Below are positions 24,781-33,751 of a stretch of 33,785 nucleotides of DNA, in pieces (the stretch's first letter is position 1; every line of letters starts with the position of its first letter). The stretch spans positions 1 through 33,785 of the forward strand of contig CAYJRR010000042.1 of NCBI GenBank assembly GCA_964372275.1, in the 5' to 3' direction. A program made the position numbers and the translations under genes. The DNA is from an uncultured bacterium (GTDB lineage Bacteria > CAYJRR01). The notes under the pieces were generated by a model. It was not told the origin of the DNA. It ran no database searches and saw only the letters and a list, made by a program, of their open reading frames with translations.

Positions 24781-26243
24781 CCCCGCCCGCGATCCCGTCG
24801 CTCGACGCCGTGAGGCACGTCCATCTCTGCGCTGTCGCGGGGACCGGGATGGGGGCGCTGGCGGCGATGCTGAAGGCCCGGGGAATCCGGGTCACCGGCT
24901 CCGACCAGAACGTCTATCCACCGATGAGCACCCAGCTCGCCGAGGCCGGGATCGAGGTCCGGGTCGGGTACCGCGCGGAGAACCTCGAACCTCGTCCCGA
25001 TCTGGTGATCGTCGGGAACGCGCTTTCGCGCGGAAACCCGGAGATCGAGGCCCTGCTGACGAGCGGAATCCCCTACGTCAGCTTTCCGGACGCGCTGGGT
25101 CGCTTCTTCCTCGAAGGGCGCCACTCGCTGGTGATCGCCGGGACACACGGCAAGACGACGACCGGCTCGCTGGCGGCATGGCTGTTGGAGGCGGCGGGGG
25201 AGGATCCGAGCTTCCTGATCGGCGGCGTCCCGGTCAACTTCGGACGCGGCGCGCGGATCGGAGGCGGTCGCCACTTCGTCGTCGAGGGGGACGAGTACGA
25301 CACCGCCTTCTTCGACAAGGGGTCGAAGTTCCTCCATTACCGGCCCAAGACCGCGATCGTCACCAGCGTCGAGTTCGACCACGCCGACATCTTCCGCGAC
25401 CTCGATCACGTGAAGTCGGCCTTTCGCCGATTCGTGGCGCTGGTGCCGCCGGAGGACGGGCTGCTCGTGATCAACGCCGACGACGAAGGGGCGGTCGACG
25501 TCGCGTCGAAGGCGGCGGCGCCGGTCGAGCGATACGGCCTGCGCGCGGAGGCCGACTGGACCGCCGGTTCGGTCGACTGGCGAGAGGGCCGCGCGCGATT
25601 CGACCTCGTTCACCGGGGGCGGGCGGTCGAGGCATTCGAACTGCCGCTCCTCGGACAGCACAACCTCCAGAACGCGATCGGGGTGCTGGCGGCGCTGGTG
25701 TCGCGCGGCCTCGATCCCGCGCGCCTCGCGCGAGGGATGCGGGAGTTCCGCGGTGTGAAGCGCCGCCAGGAGGTGCGTGGCTCGGCGGCAGGGGTGACCG
25801 TCCTCGACGACTTCGCGCACCACCCGACGGCGGTGCGGGTCACGCTGGAGGCGATCAGGGGCGGATACCCGGGCCGGCGGCTGTGGGCGATCTTCGAGCC
25901 GCGCAGTGCGAGCTCCCGCCGGAAGGTCTTCCAGCGGGCCTACGTCGAGGCGTTCCGTCCGGCCGACCGCGCGGTGATCGCCGACGTCTATCTCGCGCAG
26001 AAGCTTCCCGAAGGGGAGCGTTTCGATCCCGCCGCGCTCGCCGCCGACCTCGTCGCCGCCGGGACCCCGGCGGCGGCGATCCCGACGACCGCGGAGATCG
26101 TGAGCCACGTCACACGGGAGGCGCGGGCCGGGGACGTCGTCGCCGTCCTTTCCAACGGCGGATTCGACGGACTTCACGACAAGCTGCTGGCGGCATTGGC
26201 CTCGCGCGTCGGCGGATCGCCGGCGCCGTCCGGCGGCGATTGA
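24777..26243 (+). CDS. mpl: UDP-MurNAc:L-Ala-gamma-D-Glu-mDAP ligase (murein peptide ligase)
   Basis: GTGMG; GSDQNVYPPMS; GNALSRGN; AGTHGKTTT; EGDEYDTAFFDKGSKF; EFDHADIF; DDFAHHPTA; FEPRS; SNGGF. Confidence 0.95.
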   Translation: MTPPAIPSLDAVRHVHLCAVAGTGMGALAAMLKARGIRVTGSDQNVYPPMSTQLAEAGIEVRVGYRAENLEPRPDLVIVGNALSRGNPEIEALLTSGIPYVSFPDALGRFFLEGRHSLVIAGTHGKTTTGSLAAWLLEAAGEDPSFLIGGVPVNFGRGARIGGGRHFVVEGDEYDTAFFDKGSKFLHYRPKTAIVTSVEFDHADIFRDLDHVKSAFRRFVALVPPEDGLLVINADDEGAVDVASKAAAPVERYGLRAEADWTAGSVDWREGRARFDLVHRGRAVEAFELPLLGQHNLQNAIGVLAALVSRGLDPARLARGMREFRGVKRRQEVRGSAAGVTVLDDFAHHPTAVRVTLEAIRGGYPGRRLWAIFEPRSASSRRKVFQRAYVEAFRPADRAVIADVYLAQKLPEGERFDPAALAADLVAAGTPAAAIPTTAEIVSHVTREARAGDVVAVLSNGGFDGLHDKLLAALASRVGGSPAPSGGD

Positions 26244-26280
26244 CGCGCCGCGTGATCGGCTTGCGGCGCCGGCCCACGCG

Positions 26281-26310
26281 TTGCCGGCGCAGGGCCGGCC
26301 GCGGTAGAAT
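26281..26310 (+). promoter_or_regulatory. Putative sigma70 promoter
   Basis: TTGCCG (26281-26286), 18 bp, TAGAAT (26305-26310), upstream of ATG 26338. Confidence 0.55.
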
Positions 26311-26337
26311 CAAGAGGGTCCCCGCCAACTTCGCCGT

Positions 26338-27753
26338 ATGAACAAGTCCGACAAGATCCGGTACTACGGACAGAAGGACTACCGCGAGCTGATCGAGTTC
26401 CCGGTCGAGCTCGTCGGCAAGGACGGCGTCGTCCGCAGCTACAGCTACGAGGAGTCGCTCCTCGTCTACGCCAAGCGGATCGAGTCGGCGCACCTCCGCT
26501 ACAACGACCAGGAGGTGGTCGCCGCCGAGGTCGACCATTGCTACAAGCGGATCGAGCAGCTCAAGCGGTCGTGGCGCTTCCTGAACGCCCGGCGCGGGGG
26601 ATTGCCGACCGACGACCTGGCGCGGGCCGAGGAGACGGCGGCGGCGGAGTGCCGCTCGTTCATCCGCGAGTACTTCGGGCGCGAGCTCGCCAACCGGGTG
26701 ACGACCGAAGAGGAGCCGATCCCGATCTATCTTTCGCTGATCCAGCACGAGGGGCCGCTCAAGGTCTTTCACGTCACGCTCGCCTCGCGCCGAGGGGGGT
26801 ACTTGCTCTACGCCTTCGCCTTCGGTTGGCAGCCGGAAGGGAAGAGCGAAGGGACCGGTGAGGCCGACGCCCGCGCCCAGTACGCCGATCTGGTTCGCGT
26901 CCTGACGTTCGGCGCGGATGGTGAAGAGGTGGAGCGCGCGCTTTCGGTGCGGGAAGGAAAGGAGTTCGGGTTCGTGCTCACCGGGTGCGGGCCGGGGACG
27001 ACTCCGGCGGCGATCACCGACGGCGAGACGGCGCTCGAGCGCGCCGGTCGATCGGGCGGGGAAGCAGCCGTACGGTCGGTGCCGTCCGGGGCGCGAGCCC
27101 GCGTGCAGGCCCACCTCGACGACGAGCCGACCGACGCCGAGGGGCATTACGCGATGGCGGTGGTGCTGGTCGGGGAGGGGGACCTCGAGGGTGCGCTCGA
27201 CAGCCTGAAGATCTGCCTCGAGCTCCAGCCCTACTACCTCGCCGCCTATCGCCTTCTCGGACGCTTGTCCGACCTGCTCGACGTGCAGGTCGATGTCGAG
27301 CCGTATCTACTGCAAGGCACGCACTACTTCCCCGACGACGCGCCGATCCATTTCCACCTCGGCCTCGTCCGGGCCCTGGAACGGCGATACGACGCCGCCC
27401 TGGCGACGTTCGCGCGGACGCTGCAGATCGACCCGGAGCACGCCGCGGCGGAGGCGGCGGCGAAGGTCGTCGAGCGGCTGCGCCGCCACGGCGGCGATCC
27501 GTCGGTGGCGCTCGCCCGCGTCCGCGAGCGGCGCGCGCCGGCCAAGACGCCGACGGCCGGTCTCTCCCGAGGACGTCTCGCGACGGCGATCCTGGCGCTC
27601 GCCCTGGTCTGCGCATTCGTCCTGAAGGTGCTCGCGCCGGTCGCCGGTCTCTACGCGTTGGCGTTGTTGATGACGCTGCTCGTGCTCGACACCGCGCCCG
27701 GCGGAGAGTCCGACCGCTCCCGCCACGGACCGGACCGCCACCTGCCTTCGTGA
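26338..27753 (+). CDS. TPR-containing membrane protein with an unrecognised N-terminal domain
   Basis: About 3-4 TPR-like repeats (AEGHYAMAVVL...P; AAYRLLG; PIHFHLGLV...IDPEH); two C-terminal hydrophobic helices. Confidence 0.75.
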   Translation: MNKSDKIRYYGQKDYRELIEFPVELVGKDGVVRSYSYEESLLVYAKRIESAHLRYNDQEVVAAEVDHCYKRIEQLKRSWRFLNARRGGLPTDDLARAEETAAAECRSFIREYFGRELANRVTTEEEPIPIYLSLIQHEGPLKVFHVTLASRRGGYLLYAFAFGWQPEGKSEGTGEADARAQYADLVRVLTFGADGEEVERALSVREGKEFGFVLTGCGPGTTPAAITDGETALERAGRSGGEAAVRSVPSGARARVQAHLDDEPTDAEGHYAMAVVLVGEGDLEGALDSLKICLELQPYYLAAYRLLGRLSDLLDVQVDVEPYLLQGTHYFPDDAPIHFHLGLVRALERRYDAALATFARTLQIDPEHAAAEAAAKVVERLRRHGGDPSVALARVRERRAPAKTPTAGLSRGRLATAILALALVCAFVLKVLAPVAGLYALALLMTLLVLDTAPGGESDRSRHGPDRHLPS

Positions 27754-28730
27754 CCGCCCCTCTTGCGGCGGTGATCCTGGCCGACTCCTCTCCCGAGTCG
27801 GTCGCCGCCGGCGTGTCGCTCGCCCGCCGGCTGCCGGCGACCACTTCGCTGGCATTCGCGCCACGCGACCGTCTCCACGCAGCGCTCGAGGCGCCCGCCC
27901 ACGCCCGGCGGGACCGGCCATACCGACTGATCGTCGTCGGCGCCGACCTCCCGGTCGCGTCCCGCCTTGCGACGGTGCCGGCCCTGGCGCGCGATCCCGC
28001 ATCGACCGTCGACTGGATCGACGCGAACCTCTGGTCCGACACCGACGCGGTTCTCGTTCGTCGGGTTTGTCGCGGAGGGGCATGGTTCAACGATCCGTCC
28101 GAACCGAGCCCGTTCCGCGCGCTCGGCTCGGCCGCCGGATCGCTCGGGCTCCGCGACGATCCGTTCTCCGAAGCCCTGCAGAAGATCGCGCGGTGCGAGG
28201 TCGGCGCGGATCGCCGGCTGCTGGCATGGCGCGACGCCCTCGAAGGGCTTCGCGCCCATCCTCTGGAGCTTCCGGCGTCCGTCGCGCCGCTCGTCGCCGG
28301 AGACCTGGAGGGAATGCTCGTCCCCGACCGGCTCGAGGCCGAAGCGCTGCGCCACCGGATCGACGAACTGGCGGCCGGAACGAGCTGGGTACGATTTCCC
28401 GTCCTTTCACCGACCGGCGGGCGGAAGACCGCGGTGCTTGTCGTCCTGCCATCGGCCGGAGCGATCCCGGCCGAGTCGTTCGCCCACGAGGCGATCGACC
28501 GAGCCGGAGCCGATCTGGCGGTGGTGCTCGCCGACCGAGGCAACGTCGCCCGCATCGTCGGCCGCCGACGGCCGGGAGGCGCGGAGGAGGTCGCCTTCAC
28601 CGAAACCCTCCTGCGGCGGCTACCGTGGGTGGTGCGCGATCGGCTTCGCCGCGATCTCGCCGGCTTCCTCTGGGTCGACCCCCCGACGGACGCAATCACG
28701 CGGTTCGTCGCGGCGCTCACCGCCCCTTGA
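27750..28730 (+). CDS. Hypothetical protein, degenerate DHH-phosphoesterase-like
   Basis: GTG 27750 overlaps the upstream TGA; ILADSSPESVAAG, LIVVGADL and VDWIDANLW resemble DHH motifs 1-3 without the catalytic residues. Confidence 0.5.
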   Translation: MTAPLAAVILADSSPESVAAGVSLARRLPATTSLAFAPRDRLHAALEAPAHARRDRPYRLIVVGADLPVASRLATVPALARDPASTVDWIDANLWSDTDAVLVRRVCRGGAWFNDPSEPSPFRALGSAAGSLGLRDDPFSEALQKIARCEVGADRRLLAWRDALEGLRAHPLELPASVAPLVAGDLEGMLVPDRLEAEALRHRIDELAAGTSWVRFPVLSPTGGRKTAVLVVLPSAGAIPAESFAHEAIDRAGADLAVVLADRGNVARIVGRRRPGGAEEVAFTETLLRRLPWVVRDRLRRDLAGFLWVDPPTDAITRFVAALTAP

Positions 28731-28793
28731 CCGGCCCGATCCTCGGCCGCGGTTTGACTCCGGGGGGCGAGCGCGCTATCCAGATGCGTTTCG

Positions 28794-29426
28794 ATGCGCG
28801 TCACGGAGATCTTTCGGTCGATCCAGGGGGAGTCCTCGCGAGCGGGGCTTCCGTGCGTCTTCGTCCGGCTCACCGGTTGCAACCTGCGGTGCGTCTGGTG
28901 CGACAGCGCCTATGCCTTCGAAGGCGGGACCGAACGCTCGCTCGACGAGATCGTGGCGGCGGTGGAGGCGTTCGGGATCCGGCGTGTCGAGATCACCGGC
29001 GGCGAGCCGATGCTCCAACCGGATACGCCGGAGCTGTGCCGACGTCTCCTCGATCGTGGATACGAGGTCCTTCTCGAGACCGGCGGCTCGCTTCCGCTCG
29101 ACGCCGTCGACCCCAGAGTCAAGAAGGTGGTCGACGTGAAGTGCCCGGGAAGCGGGATGGTCGACCGGAACCTCGGCGGGCTCGAGCGGACGCTCGGCGC
29201 GAACGACGAGATCAAGTTCGTCGTCGCCGACCGCGCCGACTTCGACTGGGCCGTTCGATGGATCCGCGACCGCGGCCTCACGCGCGACCCACGGTTCCTG
29301 TTCGCGCCGGTCTGGGACCGGTGCCGTCCGGACGAGCTTGCCGAATGGATCCTCGACAGCGGCCTCGACGCGCGTCTGAACCTCCAGCAGCACAAGGTCC
29401 TGTGGGGCGATGTCCCGGGTCGGTGA
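28794..29426 (+). CDS. queE: 7-carboxy-7-deazaguanine synthase (radical SAM)
   Basis: EIFRSIQGE; FVRLTGCNLRCVWCDS (CxxxCxxC); ITGGEP; LETGG; DVKCPGS; QQHK. Confidence 0.95.
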   Translation: MRVTEIFRSIQGESSRAGLPCVFVRLTGCNLRCVWCDSAYAFEGGTERSLDEIVAAVEAFGIRRVEITGGEPMLQPDTPELCRRLLDRGYEVLLETGGSLPLDAVDPRVKKVVDVKCPGSGMVDRNLGGLERTLGANDEIKFVVADRADFDWAVRWIRDRGLTRDPRFLFAPVWDRCRPDELAEWILDSGLDARLNLQQHKVLWGDVPGR

Positions 29427-30159
29427 CGTCGAGGTCGGCGCCTCCCGGAGCCGTCCGGTCGCGGTCGTGCTCGTCTCCGGCGGGATGGATTCGCTGGTCA
29501 CCGCGTCGATCGCCCGCCGGACGCACGACCTCTGCCTCCTGCACGCGACCTATGGGCAGCGGACCGCGGCGCGGGAGCGACGTTCGTTCGACGCCATCGC
29601 CCGGGCGCTCGACGCGCGGGCGACGTTGGTCGTACCGATCGATCACCTGCGCGCCATCGGTGGCTCGAGCCTGACCGACGCGGCGCGCGCCGTGGAGCGC
29701 TTCGATCCGGCGGCCGTCGGACGCGCGGCGGCGTCCGGAGCGGACGAGGTCGATCGAACGATCCCCGGAACGTATGTGCCGTTCCGAAACGGCAACCTCC
29801 TCGCGATCGCGGCCTCGTGGGCGGAGACGGCCGGCGCCGATTCGATCTGGATCGGCGCCGTGCAACAGGACTCGAGCGGCTACCCCGACTGCCGGCGGGA
29901 GTTCCTGGAAGCGTTCGAGACGGCGGTGAACCTGGGTACGCGACCGGAAACGCATCTCGCGATCCGCGCGCCGCTGCTCTCGATGACCAAGGGGGAGATC
30001 GTTCGCCGGGGGGTCGAACTCGGGTGCCCGTTCGAGCTCACCTGGTCCTGCTACCAGGCGGAGGAGGCGGCCTGCGGGACGTGCGAGTCGTGCGGTCTGA
30101 GGCTTCGAGGTTTCGCCGAGGCGGGGGCCGTCGATCCGATTCCGTATGCGACGGGGTAG
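29410..30159 (+). CDS. queC: 7-cyano-7-deazaguanine synthase
   Basis: SGGMDS; YGQR; GGSSLTD; TYVPFRN; GYPDCR; TWSCY...CGTCESC. Confidence 0.96.
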   Translation: MSRVGDVEVGASRSRPVAVVLVSGGMDSLVTASIARRTHDLCLLHATYGQRTAARERRSFDAIARALDARATLVVPIDHLRAIGGSSLTDAARAVERFDPAAVGRAAASGADEVDRTIPGTYVPFRNGNLLAIAASWAETAGADSIWIGAVQQDSSGYPDCRREFLEAFETAVNLGTRPETHLAIRAPLLSMTKGEIVRRGVELGCPFELTWSCYQAEEAACGTCESCGLRLRGFAEAGAVDPIPYATG

Positions 30160-30183
30160 GTGGCCCACGTCGGTGGCCGCGGA

Positions 30184-30296
30184 GGAAAACGGAAATGGAA
30201 AATGGAAAATGAAGAATGGAAAATGAAAAATGAATAGCCAAGGCGCGCCTTTCATTGGCCGGTTTTCCATTTTCCATCTTCCATCCTCCATTTCCC
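30184..30296. repeat. AT-rich inverted tandem heptamer repeat (GGAAAAT)n ... (ATTTTCC)n, hairpin-forming
   Basis: Left: ggaaaac ggaaat ggaaaat ggaaaat gaagaat ggaaaat gaaaaat; right: ttttcc attttcc atcttcc atcctcc atttcc. Confidence 0.9.
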
Positions 30297-30817
30297 TCGG
30301 GCGCGTTCTTCGGAAGAGCGACCCCCTCCGCGGCGCACTCATTTCCATCCTCGCCACAACCGCGGTGAGCCTCTCCTCCGCGGCATCCGCGCAGGACCTC
30401 CTACCGGGGCGCGTGAGACTTCGCGCCGAGGAGGTCGACGCCGCCGCCGGCCGACGCCTGGGACGGGTCAAGAGCTGCTACGGCGAGGCGCTCGCGCGCG
30501 CGCCGCGACTGTTCGGCGTGGTCTCGGTCGGGATGGCCGTCGACAAGGACGGCGGCGTCTCCGACCGGTGGATCCAGCTCTCGACGGTCGGTGATCCAAC
30601 GCTTGAAGAATGCATCCTCAAGTCGTTCGAAAAGATTGTATTTCCTCCACCGGGCGAGCCTGGGGCGGTCGTCCGTTACGGGCTCCTCCTCTCGACCGAC
30701 GAAACCCCCGCCACGGCGGTCGCCGCGCAAGAGGAGGCGTTCCGGCGCGGCGCCCGCCCGCCATCGGCCTCGCCGGCGGGGCCGGCCCCGGCGATCGCTC
30801 CGACCGCGGCCGACTAG
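30230..30817 (+). CDS. Exported protein with an AgmX/PglI-type (TonB-C-like) domain; start uncertain
   Basis: Signal-like ALISILATTAVSLSSAASA-Q; VKSCYGEAL...GVVSVGMAVDKDGGV...STVGDPTLEECIL...FPPP....VVRY. Confidence 0.7.
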   Translation: MNSQGAPFIGRFSIFHLPSSISLGRVLRKSDPLRGALISILATTAVSLSSAASAQDLLPGRVRLRAEEVDAAAGRRLGRVKSCYGEALARAPRLFGVVSVGMAVDKDGGVSDRWIQLSTVGDPTLEECILKSFEKIVFPPPGEPGAVVRYGLLLSTDETPATAVAAQEEAFRRGARPPSASPAGPAPAIAPTAAD

Positions 30818-30896
30818 AGGGCCTTCGGCGCGCTTCACCTTTTCGCCTCCGTTGCGCAAGAATGCGCGCGTCCCAACGCGACGGAGGGAAGGGAAG

Positions 30897-32024
30897 ATGG
30901 GTCTCCTGCAAGGACCGATGTCGTTGCGATTCTATCGGGTCGACGGCGAGCTCCCGCGGAAGAGTCCGGAGCGGGTGCTCGAACCGATCCGCCGCCACGC
31001 GTTCCGCGAGCTGGGACCGGAGAAGGAGACGGGGATGGGGTGGGTCTCCCCGGCCAACCTGCTCGATACAGACTTCGACGAACAGAAGGTCTTTTCCAAC
31101 CAGTACCTCACCCTTTCCTTGAGGGTCGACAAGAAGCAGATCGACGCTCGCCTGTTCCGTGCGCGACTCGAGAAGGAGATGGAGGCCGTCCAGAAGAAGA
31201 CCCGGCGAGAGCGGCTCCGTCCGGCGGAGCGGAAGGAGATTCGCCAAAAACTTCAGCGGGAGCTGCTCGCGCAGACCGACCCGGCACGGCGGGTCTACGA
31301 CCTGTGCTGGGACGTCGGCACCGGGCGGCTCTACTACTACTCGACCGCCGACGCCACGCAGGATCCGTTCCGCAACCTGTTCCAGAAGACCTTCGATCTG
31401 GAGGTCGAAGCGTTGAGCGTCAAGGGTCGCTTCGAGGCGGCGATCGGCGGACCGATCCCTCCCGACGTCGAAGACCCGGGGCGGGAGTTCCTTACCTGGC
31501 TGTTCTGGCGGACCGATCGGGAGGGAGGACGTTTCGAGCTTCCGAAGTCGGGCGAGATCTTCCTCTGGATCGAGGACCGGCTCGTCTTCAAGGACGGCGG
31601 CGAGAAGCCGGCGTCGACCGCGGTGAGCGGCGGGGATCCGGCGCGGGCCCCGGAGTCGAAGGCGGCCCTGGCCGGCGGGAAGCGGCTCGCTCGGGTCAAA
31701 GTGGGATTGAAGCGAGGCGAGCGGGAATGGTCGCTGACGCTCGACGGAGAGACGCTCGATGTGACGGCGCTCAAGATCCCGGCGTTGTTCACCGAACGCG
31801 AGGACGAGGTCTTGTACGAGCGGGTGGCGCTGCTGGAGGAGGCGGTCTTCGCGGTCGAAGAGCTGTTCGGACAGTTCGCCCGTGCGCGGGTCTCCGGGAC
31901 CTGGGAGCGGGGGGAACAGGCGGCGATCGCGCGCTGGATCGCGGAGGCGGCGCCGGGCGGCGCCGTCCGAGAAGGCGAGGGCCGCCCGAAGGCGCGCCGA
32001 AAACGGCCGGCAGTGGGGGCCTAG
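30897..32024 (+). CDS. RdgC-like (recombination-associated) protein, two tandem related domains
   Basis: MGLLQGPMSLRFYRV...AFREL...MGWV...LSLRVDKK...F.KTF; second half PGREFLTWLFW...ESKAALAGGK; GGAGGG upstream of ATG 30897. Confidence 0.65.
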   Translation: MGLLQGPMSLRFYRVDGELPRKSPERVLEPIRRHAFRELGPEKETGMGWVSPANLLDTDFDEQKVFSNQYLTLSLRVDKKQIDARLFRARLEKEMEAVQKKTRRERLRPAERKEIRQKLQRELLAQTDPARRVYDLCWDVGTGRLYYYSTADATQDPFRNLFQKTFDLEVEALSVKGRFEAAIGGPIPPDVEDPGREFLTWLFWRTDREGGRFELPKSGEIFLWIEDRLVFKDGGEKPASTAVSGGDPARAPESKAALAGGKRLARVKVGLKRGEREWSLTLDGETLDVTALKIPALFTEREDEVLYERVALLEEAVFAVEELFGQFARARVSGTWERGEQAAIARWIAEAAPGGAVREGEGRPKARRKRPAVGA

Positions 32025-33751
32025 GGAACCAACGCCAGCGAACGTCGGCGAAAGTCGATCTCGATCCTCGAGAAGCGTCGCAGGAAATCGAGCCCCACGA
32101 CGTCCCCGACGAGCGGATCGTCGACGGCGACGAAGGGGATTCCGGCGAAGTGCGCGCCGAACAGGTTGAGGTCGCCGACGGAGTGTCGGCGCCCGCGAAT
32201 CTCGGCCGATCTCCAGGCCGCGTCCCGGAGGTCGTCGGGCACGCGCAAGGCGCGGTGGACGAACGGGCGGGACTCGCCGGCGAGCCGTTCCCACTCCTCC
32301 GTCCGAAGGTAGAGCGTCGACTCCGCCGCTCCGAGGCCGAGGGTGAGGCTCCGGCCGCGGCCGTCGACGGTCGCCAGGAGCAGCGGGCCACCGGGGGACC
32401 GGTCGAGCGGCACGTCCCACCCGTCGCCCGACCGCTCCGCGGACGGGCGGAGACGGTCGTGCGGCGGGTCGAAGTTGGGCTGGAGCGTGAGTCGCGACGC
32501 GTTCGGCCGAAGCGTGACGCGGAACGATTGGAGCAGGTCGATGCCGATCACACCGTCGACCGGCCGGCCGTCGATCTCGAACGGCGCGATCGGCAGCACG
32601 CGCCACCCGACGAGCCGGGGCGCCGACGGATCGGAGCCCAGCTCGACGTCGGGAAGGCGGATCCCCATCCCCTCCGCGCCGTGCGAATGACCGTGCGCGT
32701 CGGCGGCGTCGAGGCCGAGCGCCTTCAGGCTGGACGTCGAGAGGAACGAGAACGGGGCCCGCGAATCGACCAGAAGGCGGGACGCCCGTCCGCCGATCGT
32801 CACCGGAACGATCAGCGGACCGCCCGGGTCGACCGGGAGCTCGGCGGCGCAGCGCTCCTGACCCACACGACAGTCGAGCCAGTGCCCGAAGCGGGAACGG
32901 AGGTAGGGACCCGGGAGTCGCGTTTCGCCCCCGGCGGTCGTGACCTCGCGTGTCTCGCCGGGCAACGGCCGCGTGAGCAGCAACGGACCGTCTCCCGGGG
33001 GCGCGGCCGCGATCGCCCCCGCAGCCGGGCGGCCGCCGAGCGCGACCTCCGGGTGCAGGTGCCGCGAGAGCGCGTCGGCGTCGCGGTCGCGGAGGTCGAG
33101 CAGCGTCAGCGGCGCGGCCTCCTGCTCGATCCGCTCGACATCGGCCGCGGTCAGGCCGCTCGCCGCTTGCGCCGGGACGAGCAGCAGGCGAAAGTCGATG
33201 AAGCGCAGGAGCAGCAGGCGGCGGTCGGCCCGCGCCGACGGAAGGAGGCGGACCGTCAACTCGCCCCCCAGGTCGAGGTAGCCGGGAAGCGGCCCGCCGA
33301 AGTCGTCGGTGCGCGCGCGACGGCGCCGGTCGCTCGAGCGGCCGGCTCCGGCCAGACCGGGGACGATCGTCCGTTCGACCGGAACGAGCTCCCCGAGTCT
33401 GCGCGCGCCCGCGCGCTGGTGGGGATCGTCCGTCGTCACCACCACGTAGGCGAGCGAAGCACCGTCGGTGAATCCGGCGGATCGCATCGCCGGAAGGAGT
33501 CGGCCCTCCACCTCGTCGGGAGGACCGGGGTCGACGACGGCGTGCAGTCCTTCGAACCGGCCGTTCGGCTCCCGGTCGTCGGCGGTCGAGATCCAGAGGG
33601 CATCGCCCGCACCGGTGCCGATCCAGCGGAGCGCCAGGTCGCGTCGCGGGCGAAGGTCGTCGGGGCGGAGGACGTGGCGGGTCTCGATCGGCTTGCAGGC
33701 CGCAGCGAGGAAGAGGAACAGCGGCGCAAGCGGCCGGAGCGGGGAACGCAT
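32021..33751 (-). CDS. Lipoprotein: degenerate ComEC/MBL-like domain plus two retropepsin-like aspartyl-protease domains
   Basis: Lipobox LAAAC; IGTGAGDALWI...VVDPG...VVVTTDDPHQ; IVPVTIGG...LLVDSRA...DGVIGIDLL; ATVDG...LGLGA...VVGLDFLRRF..EIDF. Confidence 0.6.
   Translation of the reverse strand: MRSPLRPLAPLFLFLAAACKPIETRHVLRPDDLRPRRDLALRWIGTGAGDALWISTADDREPNGRFEGLHAVVDPGPPDEVEGRLLPAMRSAGFTDGASLAYVVVTTDDPHQRAGARRLGELVPVERTIVPGLAGAGRSSDRRRRARTDDFGGPLPGYLDLGGELTVRLLPSARADRRLLLLRFIDFRLLLVPAQAASGLTAADVERIEQEAAPLTLLDLRDRDADALSRHLHPEVALGGRPAAGAIAAAPPGDGPLLLTRPLPGETREVTTAGGETRLPGPYLRSRFGHWLDCRVGQERCAAELPVDPGGPLIVPVTIGGRASRLLVDSRAPFSFLSTSSLKALGLDAADAHGHSHGAEGMGIRLPDVELGSDPSAPRLVGWRVLPIAPFEIDGRPVDGVIGIDLLQSFRVTLRPNASRLTLQPNFDPPHDRLRPSAERSGDGWDVPLDRSPGGPLLLATVDGRGRSLTLGLGAAESTLYLRTEEWERLAGESRPFVHRALRVPDDLRDAAWRSAEIRGRRHSVGDLNLFGAHFAGIPFVAVDDPLVGDVVGLDFLRRFSRIEIDFRRRSLALVP

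Noticed and set aside
28731-30159. preQ1 riboswitch, or a 7-deazaguanine DNA-modification (dpd) island around queE-queC
   Set aside because: The short GC-rich leader lacks the preQ1 stem and A-rich tail, and there is no dpdA/tgt paralogue; ordinary queuosine biosynthesis is sufficient.
30184-30296. CRISPR array
   Set aside because: 7-nt tandem units with no unique spacers and no cas genes.
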